A DNA stretch of 63,803 bases, the filler included, from Octopus bimaculoides (taxonomy: Eukaryota), in assembly GCF_001194135.2 (NCBI RefSeq). It is 6 parts of 5 records of this genome, joined end to end, with 100 filler letters (N's around TTAATTAATTAA, not from the genome) between each part and the next. Parts side by side here need not be neighbours in the genome. Positions count along the whole stretch, not along the records: positions 59,376 to 61,302 come from NW_026384853.1; positions 61,403 to 62,463 come from NC_068986.1; positions 62,564 to 63,803 come from NC_068987.1; 3 more parts are not named here. The stretch is one strand, 5' to 3'. Both the position numbers and the translations under genes were made by a program. The notes under the pieces are model-generated. The model was not told where the DNA came from and did not search any database. It was given only the letters and a program-made list of their open reading frames with translations. Positions 59,995 to 63,803 of this stretch are shown piece after piece (position 1 is the first letter of the stretch; every line of letters starts with the position of its first letter).

Positions 59995-60881
59995 CATTAA
60001 ATTCCCATTTCCTCTCCTACGCCACAACACTCCAAGACAACTCCCGCCACCTCTAATCTACATTAGAAACCGTGATTATAAAATGTCGTAGAGAGGACAT
60101 TTGTCAATTGAAAACTTCCTGTGTTGACAAAAGTAAAGATGTAGCAAATAAGCAAGACTTTTGAAAAGCCGACATAAAAGTCTCTCAACTTTCTCTTATT
60201 CCCCGTTGAGTGTTATTTATGGATCTGTCTGTCTGTCTGCATCATATTTTTCATTCAATCGTTCAGTCATTCTTTTTTATTGCAAGTGAGTGTGTGTATA
60301 TGCACAAACATACACATACATAGTCGCAGANNNNNNNNNNNNNNNNNNNNNNNNNNNNNNNNNNNNNNNNNNNNNNNNNNNNNNNNNNNNNNNNNNNNNN
60401 NNNNNNNNNNNNNNNNNNNNNNNNNNNNNNNNNNNNNNNNNNNNNNNNNNNNNNNNNNNNNNNNNNNNNNNNNNNNNNNNNNNNNNNNNNNNNNNNNNNN
60501 NNNNNNNNNNNNNNNNNNNNNNNNNNNNNNNNNNNNNNNNNNNNNNNNNNNNNNNNNNNNNNNNNNNNNNNNNNNNNNNNNNNNNNNNNNNNNNNNNNNN
60601 NNNNNNNNNNNNNNNNNNNNNNNNNNNNNNNNNNNNNNNNNNNNNNNNNNNNNNNNNNNNNNNNNNNNNNNNNNNNNNNNNNNNNNNNNNNNNNNNNNNN
60701 NNNNNNNNNNNNNNNNNNNNNNNNNNNNNNNNNNNNNNNNNNNNNNNNNNNNNNNNNNNNNNNNNNNNNNNNNNNNNNNNNNNNNNNNNNNNNNNNNNNN
60801 NNNNNNNNNNNNNNNNNNNNNNNNNNNNTATTGCAAGTGAGTGTGTGTATATGCACAAACATACACATACATAGTCGCAGA

Positions 60882-61252
60882 CATGGCTGTATGGTAAGTA
60901 GCTTGCTTCCCAACCACATGGTTTTGGGTTCAGTTTCACTGTGTGGCACCTTGGGTAAGTGTCTTCTACTATAGCCTAGGGCAGACCAAAGTCTTATGAA
61001 TGGATTTGGTTGATGGAAACTGAAAGAAGCGAGTCGAGTGTGTGTGTGCTTGTGTCTATTTGTTCTCCCACCATCACTTGACAACCGATGTTGGTGTGTT
61101 TATTTCCCCGAAACTTAGCAGTCCGGCATGAGAGACCGATAGGATAAGTACTAGGTTTACAAAGAATAAGTCTTAGGGTCAATTTGTTCGATTAAAGGCG
61201 GTGCTCCGGCATGGCCGCAGTCAAATGACTGAAACATATAAAAGAATAAAAG
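60882..61252 (+). mobile_element. Full-length bipartite SINE
   Basis: Head and 3' half joined by a short (GT)n; matches 19470-20010. Confidence 0.88.
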
Positions 61253-61402
61253 AATACACACATACATACATACATACATACATACACACATACATACATA
61301 CANNNNNNNNNNNNNNNNNNNNNNNNNNNNNNNNNNNNNNNNNNNNTTAATTAATTAANNNNNNNNNNNNNNNNNNNNNNNNNNNNNNNNNNNNNNNNNN
61401 NN

Positions 61403-61455
<53 letters not shown>

Positions 61456-61466
61456 CTATATGTATA

Positions 61467-62339
61467 CGAGGTATGATCAACAAGTATCCGGACTGTTACC
61501 ATAGTAACGAAGCTAAGGCAAACAGAGTAAAACGGTTTGGCACAAATTGATCTTCAAATCTGCTGTGCATATGCACTAAGTTTTAACGTTTTGGCTCACT
61601 TCTGCTTCTTAAACAGTGCTTGAAAGGAAGGGGTGTAGCGTGTGATCGCCACATTGACCATCACAGAGAAAATTGTCACGGTGATACCTGCTCAGAGGCT
61701 TACGCAAAATTGCAGAAAGTTTATGGAGAGGAGTGTATGACCTGCACACAAGTGTACGTGTGGTTTAAACGTTTCTAATATGGTCGAAAAAATGTCAATA
61801 TTGATGAACGTTCTGGGAGACCCGAAGCCAGCAGAACTGAAGAAACATTGCAACTGTGCGTGCAACTGTGAAGGGAAATCGTCGAATCACCATCTGTGAG
61901 TTATCAGGGGATGTGAAGATTAATTAAGGTTCAGTTCAGTCAAGCACCACTGAAGATTAGTGTATGAGACGCATGTTTGCCAAGTTTGTGCCAAAACCTC
62001 TTTCAGCTGACGGAAAAGACACAATCGGGTTTCAGTTGCACAAGATATTGATTATGTAGAGAACAATGAAAAACTTTGTGTAGGTCTCTGAGCAGGCATC
62101 GTCAAGTTTTGGCCAAAATTTCATGTAGATTCACTGCTCAACTTTCATTGCCATCGTCAGTCCGACGATCGCACGCTACACACCTTCGTTCCAAGCACGA
62201 CTCTAAACAGCTGAAGTGAACTAGAACGTTAAAATATAGTGCGCATGCACAGCAGTGTTCAAGGTCCAAGAAGCTTTATTTTGCGTGCTTTAGCTTCGTT
62301 ACTATGACAACAGACCGGGTACTTATTGATCAGACCACG
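61467..62339 (+). mobile_element. Internally deleted mariner with both TIRs and TA TSD
   Basis: TA|CGAGGTATGATCAACAAGTATCCGGACTGTT ... AACAGACCGGGTACTTATTGATCAGACCACG|TA; AYAKLQKVYGEECM...DERSGRP...AKFVPK. Confidence 0.9.
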
Positions 62340-62390
62340 TATATGTACATACGTATATACACATAAACATACATACATACACACACACAA

Positions 62391-62463
<73 letters not shown>

Positions 62464-63315
62464 NNNNNNNNNNNNNNNNNNNNNNNNNNNNNNNNNNNNN
62501 NNNNNNNTTAATTAATTAANNNNNNNNNNNNNNNNNNNNNNNNNNNNNNNNNNNNNNNNNNNNCTATAAAATTGCTTCGTTTGATCATTTTTCCAGTTTT
62601 GCTTTTGTTTATATGTTTATTTACTTGTTCTGGATTTATCACCATTTTTGTTTTATTTTTTTTTTCATTTTTCATTTTATTTTAGAAATTTCATCAAAAA
62701 TAGTCGAATTAAATGAAAGAAAGAGGCAAAAAAATAAATTAAAGCAAATATTGTTTGATCTTATGCTACAAAAAAAAAATCTGATAATTAATTATATATT
62801 GATAAAGCCTTAATAACTTTTTGCACCTCTCTGCCTCCCAATAATATAAAATAATAAATTGGTAACTGAAATATGTATTTTCTACAGTAAGTTTACACCT
62901 TCCTGATATATATATATATATATATATATACAAACATACTTACATATATATATATATATATATATGAGTATATATGTACACATACTCACACACATATGCA
63001 CATGCATATACACATATATGCATTTACATATGTATGTGTGTGACCGTGTGTGTGTGTGTGTAAGTGTGCATAATGAGTTGACCAGCGTTTAAAGATTTTG
63101 CCTTTAATAGCATATTGAATAAGCTGTTAAAGGCAAACTTTGAAGTTCCAATCAAAACAATATTATCAGTAAATTTTCCTCTATCAAATATATAGAGTAC
63201 CACTATCAGTAAATGTTTTGGCTTTTTATGTATACATACATGCAGACATACATACTTACATACATATGTACATACATACATATGTACATACATACATATA
63301 TATATATACATACAT

Positions 63316-63349
<34 letters not shown>

Positions 63350-63365
63350 TTTTTTTTTTGGGGGG

Positions 63366-63541
63366 GGAGAAAACCACAGATTAACAAGCAGCACATCAAT
63401 TGGATCGCATTTATAGCGTACTATTTAATGCAAAACATCACATAACATTTATGTGACATAAATGTTATGCCATGTTTTGTTTTAAATGATAAGCTATAAA
63501 TGAGGTCCAATTGATGTGCTTGTTGATCTCTGGTTTTCTCC
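63366..63541. repeat. 176-bp imperfect palindrome with 1-nt loop
   Basis: Perfect 14-bp centre CATAACATTTATGT-G-ACATAAATGTTATG; arms align out to GGAGAAAACC / GGTTTTCTCC. Confidence 0.92.
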
Positions 63542-63803
63542 ATTTTCTGATTATTTATATTTGGTTCCTGATAAACTTTTGTTTATTCTGTTGTTACTTG
63601 TACTCTACGAGCATGGTATGCCAGCATACTCATGCCCTGAGATAACATGGGTAATGGATACCGATAGTATATACGGATATTTTATCCCTTAGTTATTATA
63701 ATTGCTAACATATATATATGTATATATATATGTATATATTTATATATATATATATACATGTGTGTGCATATATACACATGTGTATATATATATATATATA
63801 TAT

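Overview
AT-rich, repeat-dense eukaryotic genomic DNA with many N gaps and (TA)n/(CA)n/(GATA)n microsatellites. The SINE/LINE content resembles a coleoid cephalopod such as Octopus (inference from recall, not proven). Almost every ORF in the supplied track is a microsatellite, gap or repeat artefact. The main result is a host gene the ORF track misses. Five short + strand exons (9553-9655, 12442-12501, 26731-26781, 27233-27301, 35728-35915) are joined by four phase-1 GT-AG introns. They splice into a 156-aa protein with an N-terminal hydrophobic leader, an 8-Cys three-finger (Ly6/uPAR, quiver-like) pattern ending CFCEENRCN, and a GPI-type hydrophobic tail. The rest is mobile DNA: an internally deleted Gypsy element with both LTRs, PBS and PPT; a probable solo LTR; four mariner remnants and one Tc1 remnant; Penelope-like elements, with three hammerhead-ribozyme-like motifs in their terminal repeats; RTE and CR1 LINE fragments; Helitron-type termini; a hAT MITE; and many tRNA-derived SINEs. 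Other notable structure: a CpG-depleted block over the 3' half of the gene, several intronic inverted repeats, a 176-bp palindrome and a pre-miRNA-sized hairpin near the window end. All calls were made by eye; no database searches were run.
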